The position numbers and the translations under genes were made by a program. This document shows positions 17,739 to 26,877 of a stretch of DNA of 26,926 nt, piece by piece. The DNA is from a gamma proteobacterium symbiont of Bathyaustriella thionipta (GTDB lineage: Bacteria; Pseudomonadota; Gammaproteobacteria; Chromatiales; Chromatiaceae). The notes beneath the pieces are model-generated. The model saw nothing but the letters and a program-made list of their open reading frames with translations. It made no database searches and was not told the origin of the DNA. The stretch spans positions 1 through 26,926 of the forward strand of contig JAHXHF010000397.1 in the NCBI GenBank assembly GCA_025656895.1. The letters are read 5' to 3'. Position 1 is the stretch's first letter. Each line of letters opens with the position of its first letter.

Positions 17739-18263
17739 ATGTTGAGGATACTGAAACGCATCTATCACAGCGGCCTGCTCACCGAGAATGAGCCGGATTA
17801 TCTGCAAGACCCGGAGGTTCAAGCTCTGGGCAGTGAACTGAAAACGGTTGTGGATGCGCATTTCAATGGCAGCCTTGCCATTCGTGCGGTGGATGCCGGC
17901 TCCTGCAATGCCTGCGAACTGGAAATACACGCCATCAACGGACCGCACTATGACATTGAACGCTTCGGCGTACATTTTGTTGCATCCCCCCGGCATGCTG
18001 ATGTGTTACTGGTAACCGGACCGGTATCACGTCATATGGAAACCGCTGTGCGCCGAACCTGGCGTGCTATGGCTGCTCCGCGTTTTGTGATTGCCTGTGG
18101 TGATTGCGCCTGCAATGGTGGTGAATTCGGCAGCAGCTACGCCAGCTGTGGTGCTGTGGAGAACGTTATTCCGGTCGATTTGCAAATAGCAGGTTGCCCG
18201 CCATCCCCCGTCCAGTTGATGCGCGGTATTCTTGCACTGATGCAAAAGGCAAAAAAGATATAA
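17739..18263 (+). CDS. ehrS: Ehr small subunit (NuoB/HycG-like, one [4Fe-4S] cluster)
   Basis: GSCNACELE, ASPRHADVLLVTGPV, GDCA, GCPP: all four cluster cysteines are present. Confidence 0.92.
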   Translation: MLRILKRIYHSGLLTENEPDYLQDPEVQALGSELKTVVDAHFNGSLAIRAVDAGSCNACELEIHAINGPHYDIERFGVHFVASPRHADVLLVTGPVSRHMETAVRRTWRAMAAPRFVIACGDCACNGGEFGSSYASCGAVENVIPVDLQIAGCPPSPVQLMRGILALMQKAKKI

Positions 18264-18309
18264 AGCTGAACGGGATCTTCTGTTTTGGCGCAGCTCGACA
18301 AGTATGCCC

Positions 18310-18338
18310 TTGGCATTCAAAAAAGTTTGCGCTATATT
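18310..18338 (+). promoter_or_regulatory. sigma70 promoter of leuA
   Basis: TTGGCA (18310-18315), exactly 17 bp, TATATT (18333-18338). Confidence 0.7.
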
Positions 18339-18344
18339 CACGCT

Positions 18345-18449
18345 ATGAATTCCAGCATTAGTCATTGGTTCCCTGTTCCGGGTAGTTTCAACACCGGGCC
18401 AATGGCTGTGTCCGCACCCCGCCTGTTTCTGCTGCGACTGCTGCCCTGA
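18345..18449 (+). CDS. Putative Leu-rich leader peptide of leuA (34 aa; 15 aa if started at ATG 18402)
   Basis: MNSSISHWFPVPGSFNTGPMAVSAPRLFLLRLLP*: five Leu (all CTG) in the last 8 codons, directly upstream of leuA. Not listed in the ORF track. Confidence 0.65.
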   Translation: MNSSISHWFPVPGSFNTGPMAVSAPRLFLLRLLP

Positions 18450-18478
18450 GGGGCAAACTATCAAGCCCTGGCGAGGGC
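18442..18478 (+). promoter_or_regulatory. Attenuator-like alternative hairpins in the leuA leader
   Basis: TGCCC/GGGCA (18442-18455) and GCCCT/AGGGC (18465-18478); GGGC 18451-18454 can instead pair with GCCC 18465-18468. No U-tract follows the distal hairpin. Confidence 0.5.
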
Positions 18479-18537
18479 GTTACAATACGTATGATCACAT
18501 CGTAAAACATTCTTTATCTCCTTGAGGGGTACTGACT

Positions 18538-20088
18538 ATGAGTCAAGCAGAAAAATTAATTATTTTTGATACCACCTTGCGTGATGGCGAACAAAGCCCG
18601 GGCGCTTCCATGACCAAAGACGAGAAGGTGCGTATCGCCAAAGCACTGGAACGCATGCAGGTGGATATTATCGAGGCCGGTTTTCCGATTGCCAGCCAGG
18701 GTGATTTTGAATCGGTGCAGGCGGTCGCCAGAGAAGTTACCGGCAGTACCATTTGCGGGTTGGCACGGGCACTGGATAAAGATATAGATCGTGCCGGTGA
18801 GGCTTTGAAAGAAGCGACATCAGCGCGTATTCATACCTTTATTGCCACTTCCCCCATTCATATGCAGATGAAATTGCGTATGCAACCGGATCAGGTGGTG
18901 GAGCAGGCGGTGGCCTCGGTCAAACGCGCACTGCGTTATACCGATAATGTAGAGTTTTCTCCAGAGGACGCCGGCCGTTCTGAAAGTGATTTTTTATGTC
19001 GCATTATTGAAGCGGTAATCGATGCCGGTGCTACCACCATCAATATTCCGGATACGGTTGGCTACAACATTCCCTTGCAGTTTGGTGAGCTGATTCGCAG
19101 CTTGCGTGAGCGTATACCCAATTCGCACAAGGCCATTTTCTCGGTGCATTGTCATAATGATCTGGGGCTTGCGGTCGCCAATTCCCTGTCAGCGGTTGCC
19201 AACGGCGCGCGTCAGGTGGAATGTACCATCAACGGTCTGGGTGAACGCGCCGGTAATGCATCATTGGAAGAAGTGGTGATGGCGGTGCGCACACGCCAGG
19301 ATGTATTTCGTTGTGACAGCCGTCTGGATAGTACGCAAATCGTGAATTGTTCGCGTCTGGTTTCCAGTGTAACCGGCTTTCCGGTACAACCGAACAAGGC
19401 GATTGTGGGTGCCAATGCGTTTGCGCATGAGTCGGGCATTCATCAGGATGGTGTGCTCAAAAGTCGCGAGACTTACGAAATCATGCGTGCTGAAGATGTC
19501 GGCTGGAATGCCAACCGTATGGTGCTGGGTAAACATTCAGGTCGAAATGCGTTTCGCTCCCGCTTGCAACAATTGCATATCAGCTTTGGCTCGGAAGAAG
19601 AACTGAACGAAGCCTTTGCCCGTTTTAAGGAACTGGCAGATAAAAAGCACGAAATATTTGATGAAGACTTGCAGGCGCTGGTGTCAGAAACCCGTGATGT
19701 GGATGAGCGTCATGCGGCGCGTCTGGTGTCACTGAAAGTATGTTCGGAAACCGGTGAAACACCAACAGCGCGGATCATATTGAGTGTTGAAGGTGAAGAA
19801 TACAGTGGCAAAGCCAGTGGTGGCGGGCCGGTCGATGCGGCTTTTAAAGCCATCGAGTGTATTTTACAAACGCACAGTAATTTACAACTGTATTCGGTCA
19901 ACAGCATCACCAGCGGCACAGACGCACAGGGCGAGGTGACCGTGCGTCTGGAAAAGGCCGGTCGCATTGTCAATGGACAGGGAGCCGATACCGATATTGT
20001 GATTGCTTCGGCCAAAGCCTATCTGCATGCCTGTAATCGTATTGTTTTACCGGCAGAACGGGCTCACCCGCAAACCGGAGAGGTATAA
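18538..20088 (+). CDS. leuA: 2-isopropylmalate synthase
   Basis: [57 protein letters not shown]; C-terminal regulatory domain with GGPVDA. Confidence 0.98.
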   Translation: MSQAEKLIIFDTTLRDGEQSPGASMTKDEKVRIAKALERMQVDIIEAGFPIASQGDFESVQAVAREVTGSTICGLARALDKDIDRAGEALKEATSARIHTFIATSPIHMQMKLRMQPDQVVEQAVASVKRALRYTDNVEFSPEDAGRSESDFLCRIIEAVIDAGATTINIPDTVGYNIPLQFGELIRSLRERIPNSHKAIFSVHCHNDLGLAVANSLSAVANGARQVECTINGLGERAGNASLEEVVMAVRTRQDVFRCDSRLDSTQIVNCSRLVSSVTGFPVQPNKAIVGANAFAHESGIHQDGVLKSRETYEIMRAEDVGWNANRMVLGKHSGRNAFRSRLQQLHISFGSEEELNEAFARFKELADKKHEIFDEDLQALVSETRDVDERHAARLVSLKVCSETGETPTARIILSVEGEEYSGKASGGGPVDAAFKAIECILQTHSNLQLYSVNSITSGTDAQGEVTVRLEKAGRIVNGQGADTDIVIASAKAYLHACNRIVLPAERAHPQTGEV

Positions 20089-20089
20089 A

Positions 20090-20842
20090 GTGGAAGCCCG
20101 CCGGCTGGCATATCTGCAGGCACTGGATATTCAGGCCTGGGAATTGCGTCAGCCGGACGGGTTAACAGAACAAAGTGCGGTTGAACAGCCGCACACAAGG
20201 ATCCCGCCTGTGGAACCCATTGAGGCAGCCGTTCCCCCTCTGGATTTTTCTGTCGATGCGGATGGATTGGGTCAATATGACTGGAAGCAGTTACAGGGGG
20301 CCGTTAGACAGTGCATGGCCTGTGACCTGCATAAGAGCCGCCAGCAGACGGTTTTCGGTGTGGGTGACGAGCATGCCGAATGGATGATTATTGGAGAGGC
20401 TCCAGGCGCGCAGGAGGATAAGCTGGGAGAACCTTTTGTAGGACCCGCAGGCAAGCTTCTGGATCAGATGCTGAGAGCCATGGGCCTTGAGCGGCAGACG
20501 GTTTATATTACCAATATTATTAAATGCCGCCCGCCGGGCAATCGTGACCCTCGCCCGCAGGAGAGCGCTGCCTGCCATGCTTATCTGCTGCGCCAGATTG
20601 AACTGCTAAAGCCCAAATTGATTCTGGCAGTTGGTCGCGTGGCCGCCCATCATCTGCTGGACAGCAATGAAACCGTAGGACGTTTACGCGGACGCCCCAT
20701 GCGCTGGGGAGAAGCCTCTATACCGCTGCTGGTAACTTATCATCCCGCCTATCTGCTGCACAATCCGGCCGATAAAGGGAAAGTATGGCAGGATTTACAA
20801 ACTGCCATGACGATGATGCAGGAAAATACACAAGATAACTGA
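20090..20842 (+). CDS. udg: Uracil-DNA glycosylase, family 4 (Fe-S type)
   Basis: GTG start at 20090; [30 protein letters not shown]. Confidence 0.93.
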   Translation: MEARRLAYLQALDIQAWELRQPDGLTEQSAVEQPHTRIPPVEPIEAAVPPLDFSVDADGLGQYDWKQLQGAVRQCMACDLHKSRQQTVFGVGDEHAEWMIIGEAPGAQEDKLGEPFVGPAGKLLDQMLRAMGLERQTVYITNIIKCRPPGNRDPRPQESAACHAYLLRQIELLKPKLILAVGRVAAHHLLDSNETVGRLRGRPMRWGEASIPLLVTYHPAYLLHNPADKGKVWQDLQTAMTMMQENTQDN

Positions 20843-20845
20843 AGC

Positions 20846-21322
20846 ATGAGTGCCGTTTTCAAACCTGTTCCGTTAAAACTGAGTCCAATGCAGGAAGAAG
20901 AATTGCCGGAAGTTATGCAGATTGAAGAACGGGCTTATGCTTTTCCCTGGAGCATCGGCATTATGCGGGGTTGTCTGCAACAGGGTTATTGCTGCTGGCT
21001 GGGCAGAGTGGGCGATGAAATTGTCGGTTATTTCATTCTGTCTATTGCAGCCGGTGAAGCGCATGTAATGAATATCTGTATTGATCCGGCCTGGCAGGGT
21101 CAGGGACTGGGACGACGTTTGATGCGGCAACTGATCTATATCGTCAGAAACCGGGATGTAGAAACCTTGTTTCTTGAAGTCAGAGCCTCAAACTACAAAG
21201 CCATTTCTTTGTATGAGTCTATGGGTTTTAACGAAATCCATGTACGTCGTGGTTATTATCCGGCCGGCAAAAAAAGAGAGGATGCCCTGATTTTTGCCTT
21301 GCCGTTTGTAAGCATGGACTAA
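20846..21322 (+). CDS. rimI: Ribosomal protein S18 alanine N-acetyltransferase (GNAT)
   Basis: FPWS, EAHVMNICIDP.WQGQGLG, LEVRASN..AISLY...GF....RRGYY, REDA. Confidence 0.93.
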   Translation: MSAVFKPVPLKLSPMQEEELPEVMQIEERAYAFPWSIGIMRGCLQQGYCCWLGRVGDEIVGYFILSIAAGEAHVMNICIDPAWQGQGLGRRLMRQLIYIVRNRDVETLFLEVRASNYKAISLYESMGFNEIHVRRGYYPAGKKREDALIFALPFVSMD

Positions 21323-21328
21323 GCCTTG

Positions 21329-21874
21329 TCAGGCCTTGCCGGAAACCACTCGTTCAATTGATTTGGATACTTCGTGAACTTCAAACTGCATACTTTGCAG
21401 ATCGCCTAAAACCCAGGTTGCGGGAGCTGTACCTACGCCACCCACGGTACCGGGGTTAACCAGGTAACAGGGCTCGCCTTTGCAACTCTGTAGCTGCTCA
21501 ATATTCACTTTATGACTGTGGCCGCAACAAACCAGATCCCAGTCTCCGGTGCAGGCCATCGCCCGTGCATAATGCGGGTAATGCACCAGAAAGATACGTT
21601 TGCCGTCCAGCTGCAGACCGGCATCCATACCCTGAAAATGAAAAATGCTGCCGGGTTTATTACACAGGCGGCTCATGGCGAAAAGGTCGCCACTGTTGTT
21701 GCCGTGTATGACATGCACCGGCAGGCCATATTTTTGCAAACAATGAAGCGTACTGGGCGCGACCACATCTCCACAATGAAGCACCGCTTCCGCGCCCAGG
21801 TCAAGGGCTTGTTCAACCGCATGGTCCAGCAACGGAATATGGTCATGGCTGTCGGACAGAATGCAGACTTTCAC
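21329..21874 (-). CDS. YfcE/MJ0936-type metallophosphoesterase
   Basis: SDSH, HCGD, HGNN, GHSH, NPG motifs. The GTG start overlaps the ppa stop. Confidence 0.9.
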   Translation of the reverse strand: MKVCILSDSHDHIPLLDHAVEQALDLGAEAVLHCGDVVAPSTLHCLQKYGLPVHVIHGNNSGDLFAMSRLCNKPGSIFHFQGMDAGLQLDGKRIFLVHYPHYARAMACTGDWDLVCCGHSHKVNIEQLQSCKGEPCYLVNPGTVGGVGTAPATWVLGDLQSMQFEVHEVSKSIERVVSGKA

Positions 21875-22422
21875 TAGAAATTGGGCTTTTCGGGTGCATC
21901 CTTAAACATGGCCACACTGTCCATGATTTCCTGTTTGGCTTCATCAGGGCCGGCCCAGCCATCCACACGCACCCACTTGCCTTCATCCAGATCTTTGTAA
22001 TGCTCAAAGAAATGCGCGATCTGATCGAGTAAGAGTTGCGGCATGTCATCGGTGCAGGAAGCATCTTTATAGGAACGGCACAGCTTGCTGATGGGGACAG
22101 CCAATACTTTGGCGTCATCGCCCGATTCATCCGTCATTTTCAGTACACCGACAGGGCGGCATTGAATGACAGAGCCGGGAATCAGCGGCACCGGAGTAAC
22201 CACCAGAACATCGACAGGATCACCGTCTTTTGACAAGGTATGAGGGACATAACCGTAGTTGCAGGGGTAGTGCATGGCGGTACTCATAAAGCGATCCACG
22301 AACATGGCGCCGGTTTTTTTATCCACTTCATATTTTACCGGATCGGCATGTGCCGGAATTTCAATGATGACATTAATTTCGTTGGGTACATCGCTGCCGG
22401 ATGTGACTTTGTCCAGATTCAT
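21874..22422 (-). CDS. ppa: Soluble inorganic pyrophosphatase, family I
   Basis: [42 protein letters not shown]. Start is ATG 22422 with a GGAGG SD. Confidence 0.97.
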   Translation of the reverse strand: MNLDKVTSGSDVPNEINVIIEIPAHADPVKYEVDKKTGAMFVDRFMSTAMHYPCNYGYVPHTLSKDGDPVDVLVVTPVPLIPGSVIQCRPVGVLKMTDESGDDAKVLAVPISKLCRSYKDASCTDDMPQLLLDQIAHFFEHYKDLDEGKWVRVDGWAGPDEAKQEIMDSVAMFKDAPEKPNF

Positions 22423-22433
22423 ACAGGCCTCCA

Positions 22434-22465
22434 CAAATAAAAGAGGCCGGTGAAATACCGGCCTC
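22434..22465 (-). terminator. Intrinsic terminator between hppA and ppa
   Basis: Perfect 9-bp stem GAGGCCGGT/ACCGGCCTC (22443-22465) with a 5-nt loop; TTTTATTTG follows on the minus strand. Confidence 0.8.
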
Positions 22466-22528
22466 CTGGTCGAGCAGATTGTACTTTGTAGTTGCCTGCC
22501 GCGTCCAGCAGCAGGCAGCAGGTAACCA

Positions 22529-24565
22529 TCAGATCATCAGTGGAATAATCAACAGCGCAACAATATTGATGATCTTGATCAGCGGGTTAATCGCAGGGCC
22601 AGCCGTATCTTTGTACGGGTCGCCTACGGTATCACCGGTTACGGCGGCTTTATGCGCATCCGAACCTTTGCCGCCATGATTACCATCTTCGATGTATTTC
22701 TTGGCATTATCCCAGGCACCACCACCGGTGGTCATGGAAATGGCCAGGAAGATACCGGTGACGATGGAACCCAGCAGAACGCCACCCAGCGCTTGCGGAC
22801 CCAGCCACAGGCCAACAACAACCGGAACCAGAATAGGTAACAATGAAGGCAGAACCATTTCACGAATAGCCGCTTTGGTCAGCATGTCTACAGCACGTGA
22901 ATAATCCGGTTTCTGGGTATGATCCATAATACCCGGCATGGCTTTGAACTGACGGCGAACCTCGTTCACAATGCCACCAGCCGCACGACCAACCGCTTCC
23001 ATCGCCATGGCACCAAACAGGTAAGGCACCAGACCACCGATAAACAGGCCGATGATGACCATGTGGTTAGACAGATCAAAGCTGACGGACAGGCCGTTGG
23101 CTTCCAGCGTATGGGTATAATCAGCAAACAATACCAGTGCAGCCAGACCGGCTGAACCAATGGCGTAACCTTTGGTGACCGCTTTGGTGGTATTACCTAC
23201 CGCATCCAGTGGATCGGTAATGTTACGGATTTTTTCATCCATTTCTGCCATTTCAGCGATACCACCGGCGTTGTCGGTGATGGGGCCGTAAGCGTCCAGG
23301 GCAACAATAATACCGGTCATGGACAGCATGGAAGTTGCTGCAACCGCAATACCATACAAGCCAGCCAGGTCATAAGCACCCCAGATGGAAGCACATACCG
23401 CAATAACCGGCAGAGCGGTGGATTTCATGGAAACCCCCAGGCCGGCGATTACGTTGGTGCCGTCACCGGTGGTAGAGGCTTCCGCGATGTGGCGTACCGG
23501 ACTGTATTCGGTAGCGGTGTAGTACTCGGTAATAACAACCATGGCGGCCGTCAGTACCAGGCCAATTAACGCCGAGCCAAACAAGGCTATGGTGGTATTG
23601 GTTACACCGGGTATAACAACGTCGGCCATCATATAATCGGTCACAAAGTAAAAGGCTATGGCGGCAATAACACCGGCCACAATCAGACCTTTGTAGAGAG
23701 CAATCATGATTTTGGTATCGCCGGGCTTGGCTTTAACAAACCAGGTACCGATAATGGAGGCAATAATGGAAACACCACCCAGAACCAGTGGGTAAATCAT
23801 GGCTTCTGTACCTGCATTGCTCAGCATCAGGCCACCTAACAGCATGGTGGCAACGATGGTTACCGCATAGGTTTCAAACAGATCAGCGGCCATACCGGCG
23901 CAGTCGCCTACGTTGTCGCCCACGTTATCGGCAATAACAGCCGGGTTACGTGGATCATCTTCCGGGATGCCAGCTTCCACTTTACCCACAATATCGGCGC
24001 CTACATCAGCGCCTTTGGTAAAGATACCGCCACCCAGTCGGGCAAAGATAGAAATCAGGGAGCCGCCGAAGGCCAGGCCAACCAGTGCGTGAGCCGCATC
24101 GGCGCTTGGAACACCCATAGACAACAGGGCGGCAAAATAGCCCGCAACACCCAGCAGACCCAGACCAACAACCAGCATGCCGGTAATAGCGCCGCCACGA
24201 AAGGCAATTTGCAGGGCTGCGTTCAAACCTTTATGGGCAGCTTCCGCGGTACGCGCATTGGCGGCTACCGAGACATTCATGCCGATAAAGCCAGCCGCAC
24301 CGGAAAGGATGGCGCCAATAGCAAAACCGATGGCGGTAGTGGTTCCGATAAACCACCACAACAAGACGCACAGAATGACACCGACCAGGCCGATGGTGGT
24401 GTATTGGCGGTTCAGATAGGCTTTGGCGCCTTCCTGAATGGCGCCGGAAATTTCTCGCATACGCTCATTGCCTTCTGACTGGGACTTGATCCAGCGCACG
24501 GAAAAAAAGCCGTAGGCGATGGCAAGCACGCCGCTGGCTAAAGCAAACATTAAGCCGGTACTCAT
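22529..24565 (-). CDS. hppA: Membrane-bound proton-translocating pyrophosphatase, K+-independent type
   Basis: [68 protein letters not shown] carries the Lys diagnostic of K+-independent enzymes. Confidence 0.97.
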   Translation of the reverse strand: MSTGLMFALASGVLAIAYGFFSVRWIKSQSEGNERMREISGAIQEGAKAYLNRQYTTIGLVGVILCVLLWWFIGTTTAIGFAIGAILSGAAGFIGMNVSVAANARTAEAAHKGLNAALQIAFRGGAITGMLVVGLGLLGVAGYFAALLSMGVPSADAAHALVGLAFGGSLISIFARLGGGIFTKGADVGADIVGKVEAGIPEDDPRNPAVIADNVGDNVGDCAGMAADLFETYAVTIVATMLLGGLMLSNAGTEAMIYPLVLGGVSIIASIIGTWFVKAKPGDTKIMIALYKGLIVAGVIAAIAFYFVTDYMMADVVIPGVTNTTIALFGSALIGLVLTAAMVVITEYYTATEYSPVRHIAEASTTGDGTNVIAGLGVSMKSTALPVIAVCASIWGAYDLAGLYGIAVAATSMLSMTGIIVALDAYGPITDNAGGIAEMAEMDEKIRNITDPLDAVGNTTKAVTKGYAIGSAGLAALVLFADYTHTLEANGLSVSFDLSNHMVIIGLFIGGLVPYLFGAMAMEAVGRAAGGIVNEVRRQFKAMPGIMDHTQKPDYSRAVDMLTKAAIREMVLPSLLPILVPVVVGLWLGPQALGGVLLGSIVTGIFLAISMTTGGGAWDNAKKYIEDGNHGGKGSDAHKAAVTGDTVGDPYKDTAGPAINPLIKIINIVALLIIPLMI

Positions 24566-24782
24566 AGGTCTATACTCCTTCGTGTAACATTAAGAAAATT
24601 TGATAACGACTCGCTACGCCACTGAAACAGGTCTTGATCAAGGTTAAAAAACAGTTATTTACAGAGGTAAACGTCTATTGCCAACCTTGACTGGACGCAT
24701 GCCAGAGGCATTTTGAACCGTTACGCGGAATTTTTACTGCTTATATTCAATACAAAATTTATAGGAACAGGATTTTGATCAC

Positions 24783-24986
24783 TTAACCGGTTACTTTCGA
24801 GAAATCAGTGCCGCTTTTCAGATCAAATCGTTCATCCAGTTCAAGTTCACGTATCAGACCATCAACGGCAGCCTGACCGTGTGTTCTTTGCACTTCAGCC
24901 AGAATCAGGCGTACCGAATTGCGGTTATAGCCGCCACCAAATTCAAGCTGGGTTATGATTAATTGTCGGGCTTTATCGATAGTCAT
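24783..24986 (-). CDS. Small hypothetical protein (67 aa; 74 aa if started at ATG 25007)
   Basis: MTIDKARQLIITQLEFGGGYNRNSVRLILAEVQRTHGQAAVDGLIRELEL...: plausible helical protein filling the gap between pfp and hppA. No family recognised. Confidence 0.65.
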   Translation of the reverse strand: MTIDKARQLIITQLEFGGGYNRNSVRLILAEVQRTHGQAAVDGLIRELELDERFDLKSGTDFSKVTG

Positions 24987-24988
24987 CA

Positions 24989-25017
24989 GAAAAAAGAGGA
25001 GGTGCATAAGCACCTCC
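24989..25017 (-). terminator. Intrinsic terminator after pfp
   Basis: Minus strand GGAGGTGC-TTAT-GCACCTCC followed by TCTTTTTT, 9 nt after the pfp stop. Confidence 0.8.
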
Positions 25018-25026
25018 GCATTAATT

Positions 25027-26280
25027 TTAAAGTTCGAAAATATCCAGTTTCTTCTCAACAGCCGCATTATCCAGTGTGACGTATTTCGGCATACCGTTTT
25101 CATACGGAGGGTAATCTTCACCCTGAATCAGTGGGTAGAGATATTCTTTGCAGGCATCGGTAATAGCAAAACCATCATCCGTGATGAATTCCATTGGCAT
25201 CATTTTTTCGACATTGGCAACATCGCTTAAAGGCGCTTCACCAATAGACCACTTGTATGGGTTGGAAGATTCACGAACCACGGTCGGCATAATGGAATTT
25301 TTGCCTTCCAGTGCTTTTTCAACGGCCGCCTGTCCCAATGCGTAGGCTTGCTGAACATCCGATTCTGATGCCAGATGACGGGCTGCGCGTTGCAGATAAT
25401 CTGCCACCGCCCAGTGAAATTTGTAACCCAGTGCATCTTTAATAATGTTGGCTACAACCGGCGCTGCACCACCCAGCTGGGCGTGGCCGAAAGAATCGCG
25501 GGTGCCCTGCTCAGCCAGAAATTTACCGTCCGGCCAATGACAGCCTTCAGAAACCACAATGGTGCAAAAGCCGTGTTCTTTCACTTTGGCATCAACATTG
25601 GCAAGAAATTTTTCCTGGTTAAATTCCACTTCAGGAAATAGCGTGACCACAGGAATACCCTGGTCTTCAACCAGAGCTCCGGCCGCTGCAATCCAGCCAG
25701 CGTGGCGGCCCATAACTTCAATTACAAAGATCTTGGTAGAAGTGGCGGCCATGGAGCGGACGTCAAAAGAGGCTTCCAGGGTGGAAACCGCAATATATTT
25801 GGCTACTGAGCCAAAACCCGGGCAGTTATCGGTAATCGGTAAGTCATTATCGACCGTTTTGGGTACATGAATGGCTTGTACCGGATAGCCCATTTTTTCA
25901 GACAGTTGGGATACCTTGTAGCAGGTATCCGCTGAATCACCGCCGCCGTTGTAAAAGAAGTAGCCGATGTTGTGAGCTTTGAAGATTTCGATCAGGCGTT
26001 CGTATTCACGCTTGTTTTCTTCCAGGCTTTTCAGTTTGAAACGACAGGAACCAAAGCCACCGGACGGGGTGTTCTTCAGGGCGGCAATATTTTCGGCAGA
26101 TTCTTTGCTGGTATCAATTAGATCTTCGGTGAGAGCACCGATGATGCCGTTACGACCAGCATAAACGGTGCCGATCTTGTCGCTGTGTTGACGGGCTGTT
26201 TCAATAACACCGCATGCTGATGCGTTGATGACAGCGGTTACACCGCCGGATTGTGCGTAAAAAGCATTTTTGCTGCTCAT
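25027..26280 (-). CDS. pfp: Pyrophosphate-dependent 6-phosphofructokinase
   Basis: AQSGGVTAVIN, NGGGDS (Asp at E. coli position 104), PKTVDND (Lys at position 124), EVMGRHAGW. Start is ATG 26280 or 26286. Confidence 0.9.
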   Translation of the reverse strand: MSSKNAFYAQSGGVTAVINASACGVIETARQHSDKIGTVYAGRNGIIGALTEDLIDTSKESAENIAALKNTPSGGFGSCRFKLKSLEENKREYERLIEIFKAHNIGYFFYNGGGDSADTCYKVSQLSEKMGYPVQAIHVPKTVDNDLPITDNCPGFGSVAKYIAVSTLEASFDVRSMAATSTKIFVIEVMGRHAGWIAAAGALVEDQGIPVVTLFPEVEFNQEKFLANVDAKVKEHGFCTIVVSEGCHWPDGKFLAEQGTRDSFGHAQLGGAAPVVANIIKDALGYKFHWAVADYLQRAARHLASESDVQQAYALGQAAVEKALEGKNSIMPTVVRESSNPYKWSIGEAPLSDVANVEKMMPMEFITDDGFAITDACKEYLYPLIQGEDYPPYENGMPKYVTLDNAAVEKKLDIFEL

Positions 26281-26315
26281 TCCCATATTCTCCAAGTAAT
26301 TAGTGATACAAAAAT

Positions 26316-26660
26316 CTATAAGTTGCCCTGTTGTTTGGCATGATGATCTGCCTGTGCCTGCAGCAGAGCAACGGTACATTCGGCAAGATCTGTGTATTCC
26401 CGCTTGCCGGTATTGTATTGCTGATGCGGACGGTAAAAAAACTGTCCGCGATAATTTTGGTCGCCTGTTTTGAAAACAACAAAATGACAGCCGCCATCCG
26501 ACCAGTAAAGACTGGGGACGCTGGTCAGTTCCCGGTCACCGCGATGCAGACGTATTTCACAGTCAACCACCTGTAATTCAACATCCCGGTTGTAGCGTTC
26601 TTTTAGAGTGGTATCAACGAGCCACTTTTCGTTTTGGTTAATATCCGTTAATGTGCTCAT
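26316..26660 (-). CDS. Hypothetical protein (114 aa)
   Basis: MSTLTDINQNEKWLVDTTLKERY...LYW...FVVFKTG...YRGQFFY...QYNTG...DLAECTVALLQAQADH. Globular, aromatic-rich composition, same strand as pfp and about 30 bp upstream of it. No family assigned. Confidence 0.75.
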   Translation of the reverse strand: MSTLTDINQNEKWLVDTTLKERYNRDVELQVVDCEIRLHRGDRELTSVPSLYWSDGGCHFVVFKTGDQNYRGQFFYRPHQQYNTGKREYTDLAECTVALLQAQADHHAKQQGNL

Positions 26661-26871
26661 GCTGTTAGCTGGCTGCAAGTTTCCGATATTGTCGGGCGTC
26701 AGATTATGACAGCCGTTGTTATTCAAACGTACAGCTTAAAGCAAGGTCGAACAAGCCGACCAATGTATTAATTAGATACCGTCATGTGTTTTCTTTATTT
26801 GGTCGTTGATTTCATTGTTGGCTGGCAAAGCACCCGCTAGGAGTCTGTCGGACTTAACAGACATAATTTAG

Positions 26872-26877
26872 TATAAT
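26872..26877 (+). promoter_or_regulatory. Perfect -10 hexamer for a gene starting at or beyond the window edge (possible ATG 26911)
   Basis: TATAAT in an AT-rich divergent region; no convincing -35; the downstream gene is not visible. Confidence 0.35.

Noticed and set aside
11025-18263. Functional hydrogenase-4 / formate hydrogenlyase
   Set aside because: All four Ni-ligating cysteines are replaced, and no ferredoxin subunit, fdhF or maturation genes are present in the window.
24634-24643. Palindrome CTTGATCAAG upstream of hppA as an FNR site
   Set aside because: FNR needs TTGAT-N4-ATCAA; here the half-sites overlap, so it does not fit, and no regulator can be assigned.
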